Shown here: positions 12,412-25,269 of the stretch, piece by piece | Layout: each line of letters opens with the position of its first letter | Position numbering within the stretch: the stretch's first letter is position 1 | Program-made: the position numbers and the translations under genes | Notes under the pieces: model-generated | The model's input: the letters and a program-made list of their open reading frames with translations, nothing else | Told to the model about the DNA's origin: nothing | Databases searched by the model: none | Source: Vicugna vicugna | Lineage: Eukaryota | Direction: 5' to 3' | Assembly: GCA_013265495.1 (NCBI GenBank) | Contig: MU061579.1 | Location: forward strand, 62,001 to 126,000 | DNA length: 64,000 nt

Positions 12412-13220
12412 CTGAGCATCTTTTCATGTGCTTGTTTGGCCATTTGTATGTCGTTTTTGGAAAAATGCCTATTTAGGTCCTCTGTCTATTCATTTTTAAA
12501 AAGGTGAAAGATTTATACAATCTGAAGAGAAATCAGAGTATCCTCTGTCTGTTTTTAAATCAGGTTGTTTATTTCATTGATGTTCATTTGTGTGAGTTCT
12601 CTATATTTCAGATATTAACCCCTTATTAGTCATATTATTTGCAAATATTTTCTCCCATTCAGTAGGCTGTATTTTTGTTTTGTTGGTGGGTTCTTTTAAT
12701 GTGCAAAAGCTTTTAAGTTTGATTAGGTCCAGTTTGTTCAGTTTTGCTCCTGTTTCCCTTGCTTGAGGAAACAGATTCAAAAAATTGCTAAGACCTATGG
12801 CAAAGAGGATACTGCTTGTGTTTCCTTCTAGGAGTTTAATGGTTTCAGGTCTTACATTTAAGTCTTTTATGCATTTTGAGTTTATATTTGTATATGACAT
12901 AAGAAGATGTTCTAATTTCATTCTTTTACCTGTAGCTGTCCAGTTTTCCCAGCACCACTTATTGAAGAGAATGTCTTTTCCTCATTGTATATTCTTACTT
13001 CCTTTGTCATGGGTTAATTAACCATATGTGTGTGGGTTTATTTCTGGGCTCACTATTTTGTTTCATTGGTCTAGTGTCTCTTGTCATTACCCTACTGTTT
13101 TGATTACTGTAGCTTTGCAGTATAGTCTATAGTCCAGAACATGATACTTCCAGCTTCATTCTTTTTTTTTTTTTTCTCGAGATTGCTTTGACTATCCAGG
13201 GTCTTTTGTGGCTCCATAAA
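12412..13220 (-). mobile_element. Inverted 5' segment (ORF2 3' region) of a twin-primed L1
   Basis: ORF 12601..12921(-) '[23 protein letters not shown]...[13 protein letters not shown]...[11 protein letters not shown]' is L1 ORF2p; left flank carries TSD AAATACAAAGGAATT (12397-12411). Confidence 0.95.
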
Positions 13221-13625
13221 TAATCATCAAGGACTTACAAATCAAAACTGCAGTGGGATATCACCTTATACCTGTCAGAATGGCTATCATTAAGACAAGA
13301 AATAACAACTGTTGGTGATGATATGGAGAAAAGGGAACATAGTACACTGTTGGTGGGAATGCAATTGATATACAACCACTGTGGGAAACAGTGTGGAGGG
13401 TCCTCAAAAGTTTAAAAAGAGAACTACTGTATAAGCCAGCAATTCCAATCCTGGTTATATATCCAAAGAAAATGAAAACACTAATTTGAGAAAATACATA
13501 CACTCTGAAGTTCATAGCAGCATTATTTACAATAACCAAAATATGGAAGCAATTTAAGTGTCCATCAATAGATGGATGAATAAAGAAGATGTTTTATACA
13601 CACACACACACACACACACAAAGAT

Positions 13626-13656
<31 letters not shown>

Positions 13657-14042
13657 TATATACGTATGCTTACATACATACATACACACACACAATAGGA
13701 TATTAGTCAGTCATAAAAAAGAATGAAATTTTGCCGTTTGCAGCAACATCGATGGACCTGGAGAGTATTACGCTTAGTGAAATAAGTCAGATGGAGAAAG
13801 ATAAGCACTGTGTGTTTTCACTTATACATGGAATCTAAAATATAAAACAAATGAATGACTATAACAAAACAGACTCACAAAGAAGACAAACTAGTGGTTA
13901 CCAGTGCAGAGAGGGATTGAGGGAAGGGCAAGATAGGTGAAGAGGATTAAGAGGTACAAACTACTAGGTACAACATAAATAAGATACAGAATAAATGTAG
14001 GGAATATAGCCAAAATTTTATAATAACTTTATATGGAGTTAA
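13221..14042 (+). mobile_element. Sense 3' segment (ORF2 end + 3'UTR) of the same L1
   Basis: 'taatcatcaagg...caaatcaaaac...cctgtcagaatggctatcat', 'gttcatagcagcattatttacaata', 'ggattaagaggtacaaactac'; right TSD AAATACAAAGGAATT (14043-14057). Confidence 0.95.
13598..13692. repeat. Compound (CA)n/(TACA)n microsatellite inside the L1 3'UTR
   Basis: Seen directly. Confidence 0.95.
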
Positions 14043-14246
14043 AAATACAAAGGAATTTTGTAGATTTGAAAAAAGTAGAGATGGTGAAATAACATCTGTT
14101 TCAGAAGCAAAGTGTTACATTCAAGAACTCAGAGTCAATCACAGAAACCAAGACCACGGTAATAAAATAAAGCACAGGCAGGGTTGATCCATGGCAGAAT
14201 CTTAAGATCAGACATCTTCTGTTTGGAGTCTCATCATTTAAAAAAA

Positions 14247-14340
14247 TGTTTTTTATTGAAGCGTAGTTGATTTACAATATTAGTTTCAGGTATACAGCAA
14301 AGTGATTCAATTATACATATACTTGCATATATGTTTTCTA
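14247..14340 (-). mobile_element. Short L1 3' terminal fragment (cetartiodactyl-type)
   Basis: 'tttttattgaagcgtagttgatttacaatattagtttcaggtatacagcaaagtgattcaattatacatat'. Confidence 0.85.
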
Positions 14341-14734
14341 TTTCTTAGTCCATTCTGTGTTACTATATAGGAAGGTAGTCTTAGCATCAAAGAGGTTGGG
14401 ACTCCTAGTCCTGTGTTTTAGGGACTATCTCTATGATCTGTTGATTAATTTGCATCTAGAACTTTTTTCTCTTGTTTCTGTTTTACTGCCTGATTTCTTG
14501 AGTTTCAGTTTGCTTAACCTCTTTTTGAATTAATGCATATTATAAATTGTTTGACCTTCCATTAAAGGTTCTGACACATGTCCCCTTGTTCCACACAGTG
14601 CATCCCTTCTAAACGTCTTTATGCCCACATTCAGTTCCAACTCCCAGATCTGGAACTAAAATACAAGTCCATTTTTCTAGAACAAGGATTCTCAGACCAT
14701 GCCTTCTTCAAGACCATCATCATGATTCTACCTG

Positions 14735-15166
14735 TAAAGCTGTAACAATATTGGTGATTTAAAGTAACACAAATTTATTATCTTACAGTTCTGCAGCTCA
14801 GAAGTTTAAAATGAGTCTCACTGGGCTAAAATCCAAGTGTCAGCCAAACTGCATTCTTTCTGGACACTCTAGGGAAGAATCTGTTTCCTTGCCTTTTCTA
14901 CCTTCTAGAGGTTGCCTACATTCCTTGGGTCTTGGATTCTTTCCATCTTCAAAGTCAACAGTGGAATATCATGTCTTTGTCAAACTCCATCACTCTGACA
15001 CTGCCTCTTCTGTCTTCTGCTTCTGCCTTTAAGGACCCTTGTGATTACTGTGGATCCACCTGAATAATACAAGGTGAACTCCCTGTTTCAAAGTCAGCTG
15101 ATTAGTAACCTTAATTCCCCTTTGTCCTGTAAGGTAATACATTCATTCATTATTCTGCCTGCCACA
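14735..15166 (-). mobile_element. MLT1D-like MaLR solo LTR
   Basis: 'aacacaaatttattatcttacagttctg', 'ctcactgggctaaaatc', 'aatctgtttccttgccttttc', 'taaggacccttgtgattac'; ends 'attattctgcctgccaca'. Confidence 0.9.
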
Positions 15167-15239
15167 GATTTACAAAATAACTTTTAAAAACATGTGAACT
15201 ACTTTTCAAATTCTAAATTCTCCTACCATTTGGTCTCTG

Positions 15240-15700
15240 CTCAACTCTCAGTCTCCATTTCAGATGGCCCTCTCCTTTGCTCACTGGACTCTGTCACAGT
15301 GGTCTTAAGTGGACTAACCAAATGTCACCTGCCTCAGGACCTTTGTACTTGCTCTTCCTTTGTGTGAAAGGTTCTGTCTCAAGATGTTCACGTAGCTCAT
15401 TCTTGTCATTCTTAGACCATTTCCTCAGAGAGGCTTTTCTGGCCGCTTCATACAAAGTAGTTCCAAATATTACACTATTTTAATTTATTCCCTTTATAGA
15501 ATTTATCACCAGCTGAAATTGCCTTATTCATTTATTTTCTTATGTAATGTCTTTTTACCCTCCAGAAAGAAAAAAAATGTATGTGAATAGAAACGTTGTC
15601 TATTGTTTTAACAACTTTACCTCCAAAATTTACAACAGTGCCTTGCTTGTAAGTTCTCAACATATATTTGTTGAATAAATGATTGAATGATTTTATGAAT
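15240..15700 (+). mobile_element. L2 3' end
   Basis: 'cctgcctcaggacctttgtacttgct', 'cctcagagaggctttt', 'acagtgccttg...atatttgttgaataaatga'. Confidence 0.85.
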
Positions 15701-18399
15701 AAATTTTAAATGAATACTACCAAACCAGTCATGCACTTACATTTCTTTTCTTCCAGCAGGGAAAATATTTGTCATTCTATTTTCCATCTCCACAGAGCTC
15801 ACCATGACTTCAAAAGGAAGAAACCATTAATTCCTTGCTCCCTCTTGGGTACCATGCATCATTCCTCTGAGGGCATTTTTAGCTCACAGTAACGTCTTTG
15901 TTCTGCAGTTTCTTAATGCCCTTTTCATCTGATGCTCTGGGAAACAAAAAAGTTGCTCTCAGAAGAATGGACTAGAGAATTGCATTAATTTAGAAAACAA
16001 GAGAATTTACTATGAAATTCTGTAATATAAATAGAATGTGAAGGTCACTCTGTGCCTCCTCTTAAATTGCATAATGTGCTTCTCTCATTCTTAACTTGCA
16101 TTTCATGCAGATTCTTGCTTGTGCTCTTTATCTACAAATTTGAAAAAGTAGCCAATCAAATACCACTCTAGATAAATTTGAGGCAAAAGCTACTGCATTA
16201 GCTTTAGTAGAGCATCTTTGCAAGCTTGCCCATCTTTGCAACCCTTTCAGTATCTGTTCTGATTACATTTTAAATCCTTTTATGTCTCTTGTTGTCCATT
16301 TCTCTTGTGTAGGCTTTCAAGGTTAGGAGAACTTTGTCATTCTTTTCAAGATCCTGGTGGACTCATTTCCTATTATAATGCAAACCCTTTAAGGTGCTCA
16401 GGTTATAAGGAAAGAGAAAGAAACCATTCTCATTTCCTGTTTGACTACATGTGTTTATGTAGTTTAAGAATTCAGTTTGGACAGAGGCCATCTATTTCTG
16501 GTTTAGTAGGGTGTGCTTAGTAAATAACAGATTCCTATACTTAGTTAATACTAGCTTGATTAGTTAATTGATGTTTTTAACACATAGCATCTTGTGAGAC
16601 TTTGGAATAGACAAAAATGATTAATTTTTCTTTGTTTGTTTAAAAGGAGACAACCCACTTGGACTGGTTCCTAATCACGTATTTTACTTCAAACTCTACA
16701 TAAAGAACCACATTTCAATTTTATTCATTCTCTTAAAAATAGATACACTAAGCAGCCTAATGTCATAAGGCAAACTTACCAAGGCATTTCTATTCACTTA
16801 CCCTTGTTAAAAAAGTGTGGATATGAAAGCCATGTTTTTTACCCAGGTAGAACCTTGGCATGACCCACTCCAAACTTTCCAATAACACTTGTTTTTCAAT
16901 AATGTCAATGTCACTGAGATAGATTCCATTATATGGGTAATTCTCTGAGGAATCTGAAGTCTGGGGCAATTCTCCTCTTATACTTGAGTGCAAGCTATGA
17001 TATTTATATAGTCCTACCTTCCAAGGAGCTCAAAGCACTTGATAAATATCATCTCATTGATCCTGTCCACTTTTCTGAACAATAAATGGCAAGAGATGGT
17101 GCCACCATTTAGCGGTGAGAAAAAACTCTGAGACTAAAATGCGAAAAGACCAGGAAGAGGGATGAAAGTATCTTCATCATGGAGTTTAAGTAAAAGCTCT
17201 CCTGTGTCTCCCAAATTTACCTTTCCTCTCAATTACATTATTTCTTAAGCTGTAATTCTTAAAGAAACAGTTATTTTACTGTATCTTCTTTGATTTTTTT
17301 GAAAAAAGATAAACCTTGATTTTAAGACATCTTGTTGATTACAAGTCTGGAAAATATGTAATTCTTCCTCTTGCTACACAACTTGTCTCTGATATCCGTC
17401 TAATTCTGCCTTTCTGTCTTATATTTAATTAAGAATCACAGTTAAGTAACTTGAAATAACTTGAGAAGTCATTGCCCCAACTCCTAATGTTACCAAAAAG
17501 AAAAGGAATGTGTAAAGTAAGAATAAGATTTGCTGTCAGTCACATGGTTTGGGAAAAGGAGACACTGGAATCAAGGCGTTCTGACTTGGGTGATTTTTGT
17601 TATTACTATGTGATAATTCAGAAGCAAGAGGAAATTTCATTTAAAGGCCATTAGTGTAACCTGGCAGGGGAAAGACATTTGAGAGCACTCCTGTTTGAGG
17701 TAGGTTTGTTGTCATTGCTGTTGTATTCTCTTTCCACCGTTGTGTCCCTATTATTTAGGATAAATCTTGGATGACAGAAATACATTGTTCTTATGGCAAT
17801 GGGTGCCAAGGTAGATATACTGATACGTATATATCAGTATCTTAGATCGCTTTTGACATCCTAAAAAGGGCACCGTAACTAACGCTGTGGTTTAAACTGG
17901 CCAGAAGCATTTCAGTTCTGATAAATAGTTTTGTTGAAATGTGCTTATTATTCCTTGACTTCTCAAGACTACCTCACGTAGTCATGAGTAATTCCAACTT
18001 GGAATGAGGGGAATTCTTAGGCTATTTTAGCAGGGTAAATAATGCTTCTACTGTCTTGTCAATATATTTTAATACAGATGAAGGAGAAGATAGAATATAC
18101 CTGTAATCTCTTTGAAAAGTTAAAAGAAAACAAAACAGTAAGAAGGCATAGACCAGTGAGTGCATTTTTCATGTCCACTTATATGCTAAGATAGGCCCTT
18201 TGCTTTTAATCAGTTCTTACCTGAGGGACAGATGATTCAGAATGAAACAACTTTTCCTATGTGTTGTCATTGAAATCAACAGTAAAGGTCATTCTTCTGA
18301 TTGACTCACCATAGACATTGCCGAGTTCCTCTTGGCGAATGGGGCCTGATGCTAAACAGGGACCTGACTGTCTCCATAGAGGGTAAGCTTCATGAGGGA

Positions 18400-20080
18400 A
18401 GCTCTCTCTTTCTTTCTTTAATATTCATTGATGTATTACCAGGACCAGAATGAGTGCAGTCTGGTCAGAACTCTAATTATATCTGTTCTGGTATCTCTAA
18501 TGCCAGGTGTCACATCACCTGGCTCCCGGCATGCTTTTAATACATTCCTATTTCACTTCCACTCTGAGTCAAGCACCTTCCCATTTGGAGGACCAGGTTT
18601 TCTTTATGCTTCTTTGCTGATGCCATCTTCTAACTCCATGTCATTCCGTTTTTATTGAGCATGTTGGCATCGGCTCAAGGTGTTCTTCTGTGCAACTTGT
18701 GCCGTATTCATAAGGTTTCAAAATCTACTTGGATGATACTTTGAAGAATCTATCTTCACATTTTATTGATTTTCTAATCCTGTCAATTTTACTTTCAGAT
18801 CTGAGTCTGTATTTTGTCATCACCTGGAATTTCTCCATCACTTAAAAATTAAATGAAAATATCTCAACATAGGAACACAAATTTCCATTCTGCCAGTCTG
18901 TAATGCCTTTATTTATTTATTTTTATTCAGTGATTGATTTTAATTCGCTGGGGCTTCTAGATCTTTTCTCACTTTCCTATCTCAAATTTTGGAACTCAGT
19001 TTCCTGTTCGACATTACATAGCTGAGATACCATGTTCCTTTCTTTCCATCATCCTCGCAGCAACATTCACAGTATCCTTATATCCTTCTCTTTTTATATC
19101 CTTTTATTTACTTGTAGGGTGAAGGAGGATTTATTCTAAAAATCATAAAATTTATGAGCTTAGCATTATGGAAAATAGTAAAAGAAACTTAAGTATTGAA
19201 AGTGATAAAGCCAGTTAGGTAACAAATACAATGAGGTGCTATAACCAGTTAGTCAGTTAATCTGATAGAATTCACCTCTGCCTTCCTTCCTCTCCTACTA
19301 CTTTAAGCTGTTACATCTAAGCTCAGCTTTTAGAATAGGCTTCTATTTAATTCTGCTTATATCTCCTTCTTTATTTCCCAGACAGTTCTCCATACAATGA
19401 TTAAAAAATTTTCTCAAATGCAAATATAAACATGCTTAAAATATTCAGTAGTTTTCTTTTTGTTAAATAATTAACTTTCCAATGTTCTTATAGAATAAAA
19501 TGAGCCCCTCAACTGCATACACTTAGAATTAACCCCAATATTTTCCCCATTATATGAAGTTACTCCTTATCTGCTCACCACCTCACAACTCAGCTCCACC
19601 TGCCAGAAGTCTACTTTATATATATTTTCCCAGAAATAATGACATCTTTACAGTTCTCCTAAAAATCAAATTGTCTATGATTTCTGATGTATTCACAAAA
19701 TCTTCTCTCTACTTAGAATTCTTTCCAATAGTGTCTGTTGTTACATTGTTTTCCATTTCCCCTCAAACACTGAGACTCAGTGAGCTCTTTGTCTGTTTAC
19801 CTTTGAGACCTCTATATTTTCATCATACATGATAAAAATATTTAAAAATTCACCCCAGTTTATTTAATAAGAATTCATGAAGGGCTTATTATGTACTTTA
19901 ATTGCTGCACTGGCACACTTTGCTATGGATATAGACGTAGATATGTAGATAGAGAATTTCCTTTATTAGCATATGAGATTCTGGAGTATGAGCCTGTCTT
20001 GTGTTAACTTCTGTGCTAACAGGGCATAGCTCAGTACGTGGCAGCTAACAGGAGCCCAGGTAATGGTGATTAAATAAACC
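18400..20080 (+). mobile_element. L2 fragments (ORF2 remnant through 3' end)
   Basis: 'ttgtcatcacctggaat' endonuclease-like remnant; 'ctcaaatgcaaatat'; 3' end 'cctgtcttgtgttaac...gctcagtacgtggca...taaataaa'. Confidence 0.55.
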
Positions 20081-20169
20081 AAATTGAATTTTGGCTAGGT
20101 CAAATGAGTATATATGACAGAATTTCATGAATATGGTAATTTCAGGACATTTCTAGACATGGTAATAAA

Positions 20170-20660
20170 GGTTTAATACCATTTTATTATTAAATCTAAG
20201 CAAATGCAGAGTTCATAATTCAGTGAATGAGAAATGCCTTCGCGTTGGGTTCCTATAGTTCTGTTTCTGAATGATCCTTTCTTGCTGATGGATTATGCAA
20301 ATCTCAGCTGAGGCTTTGCCCTGTGTCCTAGAGGAATTAGATACTTTGTAGAGTATGCTGTAAATGCCTAACTTCAATTTATGTTTCCAGAATGTATCAT
20401 TATAAAACCTGCTGGTTGGTTGCCCTTTTGAAAAGAAAATCTTTCCAACTGGATTGTATTCAAACATGATAGGTGGAAAAACCAACTTTCTCTTAACTGC
20501 TGTTTTTGTCAGTATCAATAGGTTTTCCAACTACTGTCATACATTCTAATTTAAAAACCACGTGCCTTCTGAAAAATGAGAACTGGGAATGAAAGGCCAG
20601 CTTTAAATGTAGAATGCTTTACCCTTAGAATTACTGCTGAGTACATAGAAAATGAAAATG
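20170..20660. promoter_or_regulatory. Candidate enhancer-like unique block
   Basis: Repeat-free; octamer ATGCAAAT at 20295-20302 next to the palindrome CTCAGCTGAG; E-box CACGTG near 20559. Confidence 0.25.
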
Positions 20661-21309
20661 CTATTTAAAAGTTTAGGAAGTGTCTGATAAGAAATAAAGA
20701 GGTCAGAAAATAGTTTCTTCTGATAAGCCTACATTTCAAATATATTTTATAGGACAGTAAATTGCCTGGATATTTAAAAAAAATAACCAAAATGCGTCAC
20801 TCAAATTTTGTTTCCCATAATTGTTGGCTTTGCAAAATTTAACTGATCGAGTTCCCTATTCCTGAACAAAATTAGCAAAATCCCTAAAATCAAAAAGAAA
20901 TAAAAATAATGATTTTCCTTCTATCATCTCTCTTCCTATGTGTGTGTATGTTATCAGTATCTTTAAAAAATGGGCTGAGATAGCAGGTAGCTTACAAAAT
21001 ACAGATTATTATAATTTTGTCTTTGCTTCAATTTGGTAAAAGTTGAGGGAAAATACATGGATATCTTTACAAGCTTGCTAAAAATATGAATTTGGAGTTT
21101 GTCAATTCATATCTCTTTCTATTTCAAAGTGACTTATTTGGGAAGAAATCTGAGTCTAAGAGATGATGGCTCAGGTCATCTTTTGCAAAAGATAAAACTG
21201 AGGTTCCATCATACATATGTGTTGCATGTGCCTAATTTTTGTATATAATTTCAAGGCACATTAAGGAGTCATTTCCATGATTTTTCAAACAAGGTTACAT
21301 AAAAATTAA

Positions 21310-22320
21310 GCCTACTCACAAGAACCTTTCAGTTTATTGAGGAAGAGACCTGGTACATTACACACTGTGAGTGGTATCGTGAAGATTTGAACTAGTTCAT
21401 ATGGAAATGTAAGCAAAAGGTACTTAATGATGCTCCCAGATACTGCATCATGGGAAGAGGAGCAGGTAGGTGATGGTTGATGCCTAAGCCAGGCTACTTA
21501 AGCCAGGGAAGGTCATTATAGAGGGAGTCAATGTCATATGGAAAGACATGGAATAGAGAAATAACCAGTGTGTTCAGGAAATCCTTTTTAGTTTGAGCTG
21601 ATGGAAGAATCTGGTATCTACAGGACTATGGTAAAGACAGAGATAGAACAGAAACCACTTAGGTGAAGAATGCTATTTAGGTAGACAGTCTGGGAGGCAC
21701 TGTGGTTAACAGTGGATGAAGTAGTCCTAAAGTAGGGGTCTGGTCGCTGGAAACTTTGCAAGCCATGGTGACTTATTTCAGATTACCCTGTAAATGAAGG
21801 CAGCCCTGAAAGCGTAATTAAGCTAAGAAATGGCATGGCCGCATTTATATTTTTGGCAGTATCATTCAAATAGCCGTGTGGAGTTTAGCAGAGAATGCAA
21901 TACCAGGGTCAGGGAAACTTATTTGGAAGCTGGTCCTGGCAGGAGAATGGTAGGACTTGAGTTCAAGAAATAAGGGTGACAATGAGTAAAAACAAACAAA
22001 GAAACAAACAAACAAACAAAAAACGAGTACATTAGCCATGGATGTAGCAGTCCTTGAACACAGAACTCTATGTATGTGTGCATGAGGTGGATGGCGAGGA
22101 AGAATTTGCTGATCTGTTTTTCCTGGTTTGTGAATTTAGCAACTGGGTAAAACATAGTAGGAATAGTGAGTTTAGGAGAGTTATAAATGCTTTCAGTATT
22201 TTCCCTTGGGGTCCACAGAACTGTTACTCAGCTTAGAGTGCCATCCTTTGGTACAGATTTAGGAGGTATCAGTATGTTCATTAAGATCACAGAGGTGCTT
22301 AAAGTATCCCAGAAGAGGAT
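21310..22320 (-). mobile_element. L2 fragment
   Basis: Purine-rich reverse-L2 signatures, e.g. 'gccatggtgactta', 'gaaatggcatggccgcatttatattttt', 'gaatggtaggacttgagttc'. Confidence 0.55.
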
Positions 22321-23539
22321 TTAGAGCACTGTTTATTAATTTTTGATTGTTATTACAGATAACAGCTTTGAGAATCAGAGCAAATCTGTGACTTCTGCCT
22401 CTCCAATTTGGCATTCAATGTCAGGGGACTCATTTCCTCTAAGAGTATTCATTGGCCCTAGGTTAAGAACCTCTTGAGTCACATGAAGAAAAAAGAGGAG
22501 TAGTAATAAAGCCCTCAGGGATGCTCCTCAGTAAACCATTAAAGACACTGACTTCAGTTTTGACTGAAAATGTTTTCTGTGATGAGCTCAACTCTGTTGG
22601 ATATTTCTCACAACCATTGACTCCATGTACCAATGAATTAGTTCATATATCATGATCTTGCAATGTAGAAAATATAATTTTAAAGAAAAACAGTGAAAAA
22701 AAAATTTCCAAGTCAGGGGACTGCTTTTGTCATCAATTATAAGATCTTTAAGGAAATTCATAGTGTTACTTGCCTAGAGCCTGAACTATATTTTTAAAAG
22801 CTTATATAAATAATGCTACTCTTCAATGCATAATTAAGACTTTTGGCATGACCACCACCACCACCACCAAGCTGCCTGCCAATGTAAGACAATTTACTCC
22901 TAGTTAAAAATAGCTCTGGCTAAATTAAAATTGACAGACAACGAGTCAGTGGTTGGGACTGTTTGTTGAATACTATGCCCCAATTTTGTTAGTGAAGGTA
23001 TACATCATGCTCCAGTTGGTATTTTATTTGTGAAGCCAGGAATGATTCCAGTTTCTATAGCTGGTGCCAAGATCTATCATTTAGTCAGTAAAGAGAAGAC
23101 ACGTGCTGCAGACATGTGCCATCACAGTGGGGCGTGAGCCCTGGGAGAGAACTGGTCCAGGAGGAACGTCTCCCAGTTTCTAGATCTACTCACCTCACGA
23201 CCCCCTACCATTAAATTCTAATTTTTTAAAATGAGAATTAACATTTTCCTAATACTACATGTCAGACACAGCACACAGTAAGGGAGAAGGTAGGACAGCT
23301 GGAAGTAGCAGTCTTCAGGTGACATTCTCTCGATTATTTTGTTCATTTAACACAAAGAATTGTCACTTCATAGCTACCTTACTACTATTCTCTGTTTTGA
23401 AGATTCTAGTATTTCAGTACACATTGTTTTGTACAGTATCTCTGCCAATTAAAAAGCAAAAATAATAAGTTAGAGAAAACTTGATTAACAGTGAAAAAAG
23501 AAACATGTACTTTTAATTTTTGTCATTAAGCGTCCCGAG

Positions 23540-23700
23540 GAATGTGATTTCGGAGATCGTTCGTGAGCTCAAAGATGTCATCAGTCTGGGGTCTTCTCAC
23601 AGTATTGCTCCACCGTGTTCAACATGTTGACTTCTTTTCCTTAGACGTGTTGTCCCCTGATCATAGGATGGCCACACCAGACCAGGAAGGATGATGACTT
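23540..23700. mobile_element. Old MaLR (MLT1J/K/L-like) fragment
   Basis: 'ctcaaagatgtcatca', 'gctccaccgtgttcaacatgttg', 'tcataggatggcc'. Confidence 0.45.
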
Positions 23701-24489
23701 TCAAAGGAGACTCCAGCTCTTGTCTTAACATCTAAATATCCGTTGTATAAATAAAACAGCACTTTAAACAAATTTGAATTAAATTCAAGTTTAATGTATA
23801 TGCTTACAATTGTTTATAGCATTTATTGCTCTGATCAATTTTAAGCAGATTCAAACATCCAGTCATGTAATACAGTAGGCACTGAAGCAATAATGTATGT
23901 CTACATGAATTTTTTAATTGAGGAGCATTTACTGAGCAAATAGAGAATATTCAAACATAGACGTAAGAAATGCTCGTTTCTCATCGAGTGAAACCAACGG
24001 TACATACTAATGCAAGCTGACAAACAGTGGGGCATACGACAGCACAGTACATACTTACTCTGAAAATAAAGTAGTGTGTACTTAAGAAAGATTGCTTTGC
24101 TTTTTTGTCTAGAGGATTTAGTGAGATTATTTATACTTAGTCTACGCTTTGTGTTCAAGGACCTTTATGGATATTTTGCATCATGCTCAGTCATAATGTC
24201 TTATCACTTTATGAACATTATGAAATTCATTTATTTTCTTTGATAGAACCTGTAATTTTTGAATGAAAAATTCCATGCATAGTACTAAGTATCCAATTAC
24301 TGTTACATTTTAGCAAGTTCATTTAATGGTGGTTACTATAAACACTGATTATGACTCTCATATCATAGTGTTGCACAAGGAATTATCAGTCTTGCCAGTC
24401 AGTGTCTATGTAGACAGGAGGAGCTGATAAAAATTCTGTATGGCTGAGGAATGATCTAGTATAGCATGTCCAGCCCTGAAGAGAGCAGT

Positions 24490-24710
24490 GATCCTGAATT
24501 TATGGTCTAGAATCAAGTAGCACCGAACTGTACTTGCTCTTTGAACTTGGGGAAGTGACTCAAATTTTCTGTGCCACAGCTTCCTCTTCAGATAACTGGG
24601 AGTAAATCCTCGTTAATCTTTTTGTAAGAACTAAAGGAGGTGATAAACATGAGACACTTAGCACAGAACCTGGCGCTGAGGAGGCCCAAGATAGCTCTTA
24701 GCCGTTATTC
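24490..24710 (+). mobile_element. MIR SINE
   Basis: 'tgaacttggggaagtgactc...ctgtgccacagcttcctc', 'cacttagcacagaacctggc'. Confidence 0.8.
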
Positions 24711-24774
24711 GTTAACTGATGAATGGTATCATTTTGTCACTGGTGTTCAGAAGACCTTGACCATCTACATTAAT

Positions 24775-25080
24775 TTTTAAACTTTTAATTAAGATGTAAT
24801 TAACCTATAATATTATATTAGTGCCAGGTGTAAAACATAATGATTTAATATAGGCACATATTGTGAAATGATCAGCAAAATAAGTCTAGTTAATATCCAT
24901 GACTACACATGATTACAATTTATTTTTTCTTGTGATGAGAACATTTAAGATTTACTCTCTTAGCACCTTTCAAACATGCAGTATGGTATCATTAATGATA
25001 GTCCCCGTGCTGTTCATTACATCCCAAGTCTGACTTCTTTTATAACTAGAAGCTTGTACCTTTTGACCACCTTCACCTTT
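24775..25080 (-). mobile_element. L1MA9/10-like 3'UTR fragment
   Basis: 'attgtgaaatgatcagcaaaataagtctagttaatatccat', 'gtgatgagaacatttaagatttactctcttagca', 'ttgtaccttttgaccacc'. Confidence 0.9.
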
Positions 25081-25269
25081 CTTTTTAAATCTGAGCTTCA
25101 ATGTAGTTTGAAAAAAGGTGAATAATAACTCCTGCTATTTCCACTCCACAAGTTTACTTCGGAAAGCAAATACAATAACAGATGCTGGAGGCAGTGAGTA
25201 GTAGTGAAAACAGCCCAGCTTTACAGCTAGACAGACCTGCTCTCAAATCCCTGCTCCTTGATTATTCCA

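Noticed and set aside
12785..13021. Similar + strand ORFs here and at 49891-50106 ('[12 protein letters not shown]')
   Set aside because: Antisense frames of L1 ORF2, not a gene family
16790..16993. Minus-strand ORF near two GTAAGT donors (~16780, ~16801)
   Set aside because: No convincing upstream acceptor and no recognisable peptide
17817..17840. 9-bp-stem hairpin ATACTGATA/TATCAGTAT
   Set aside because: Short and AT-rich; within chance expectation
18215..18240. Minus-strand YAG|GTAAGA ('tctgtccctcag|gtaaga'), similar at ~7442-7460, resembling recursive splice sites
   Set aside because: Short pyrimidine tracts, expected by chance, and no evidence for a minus-strand host transcript
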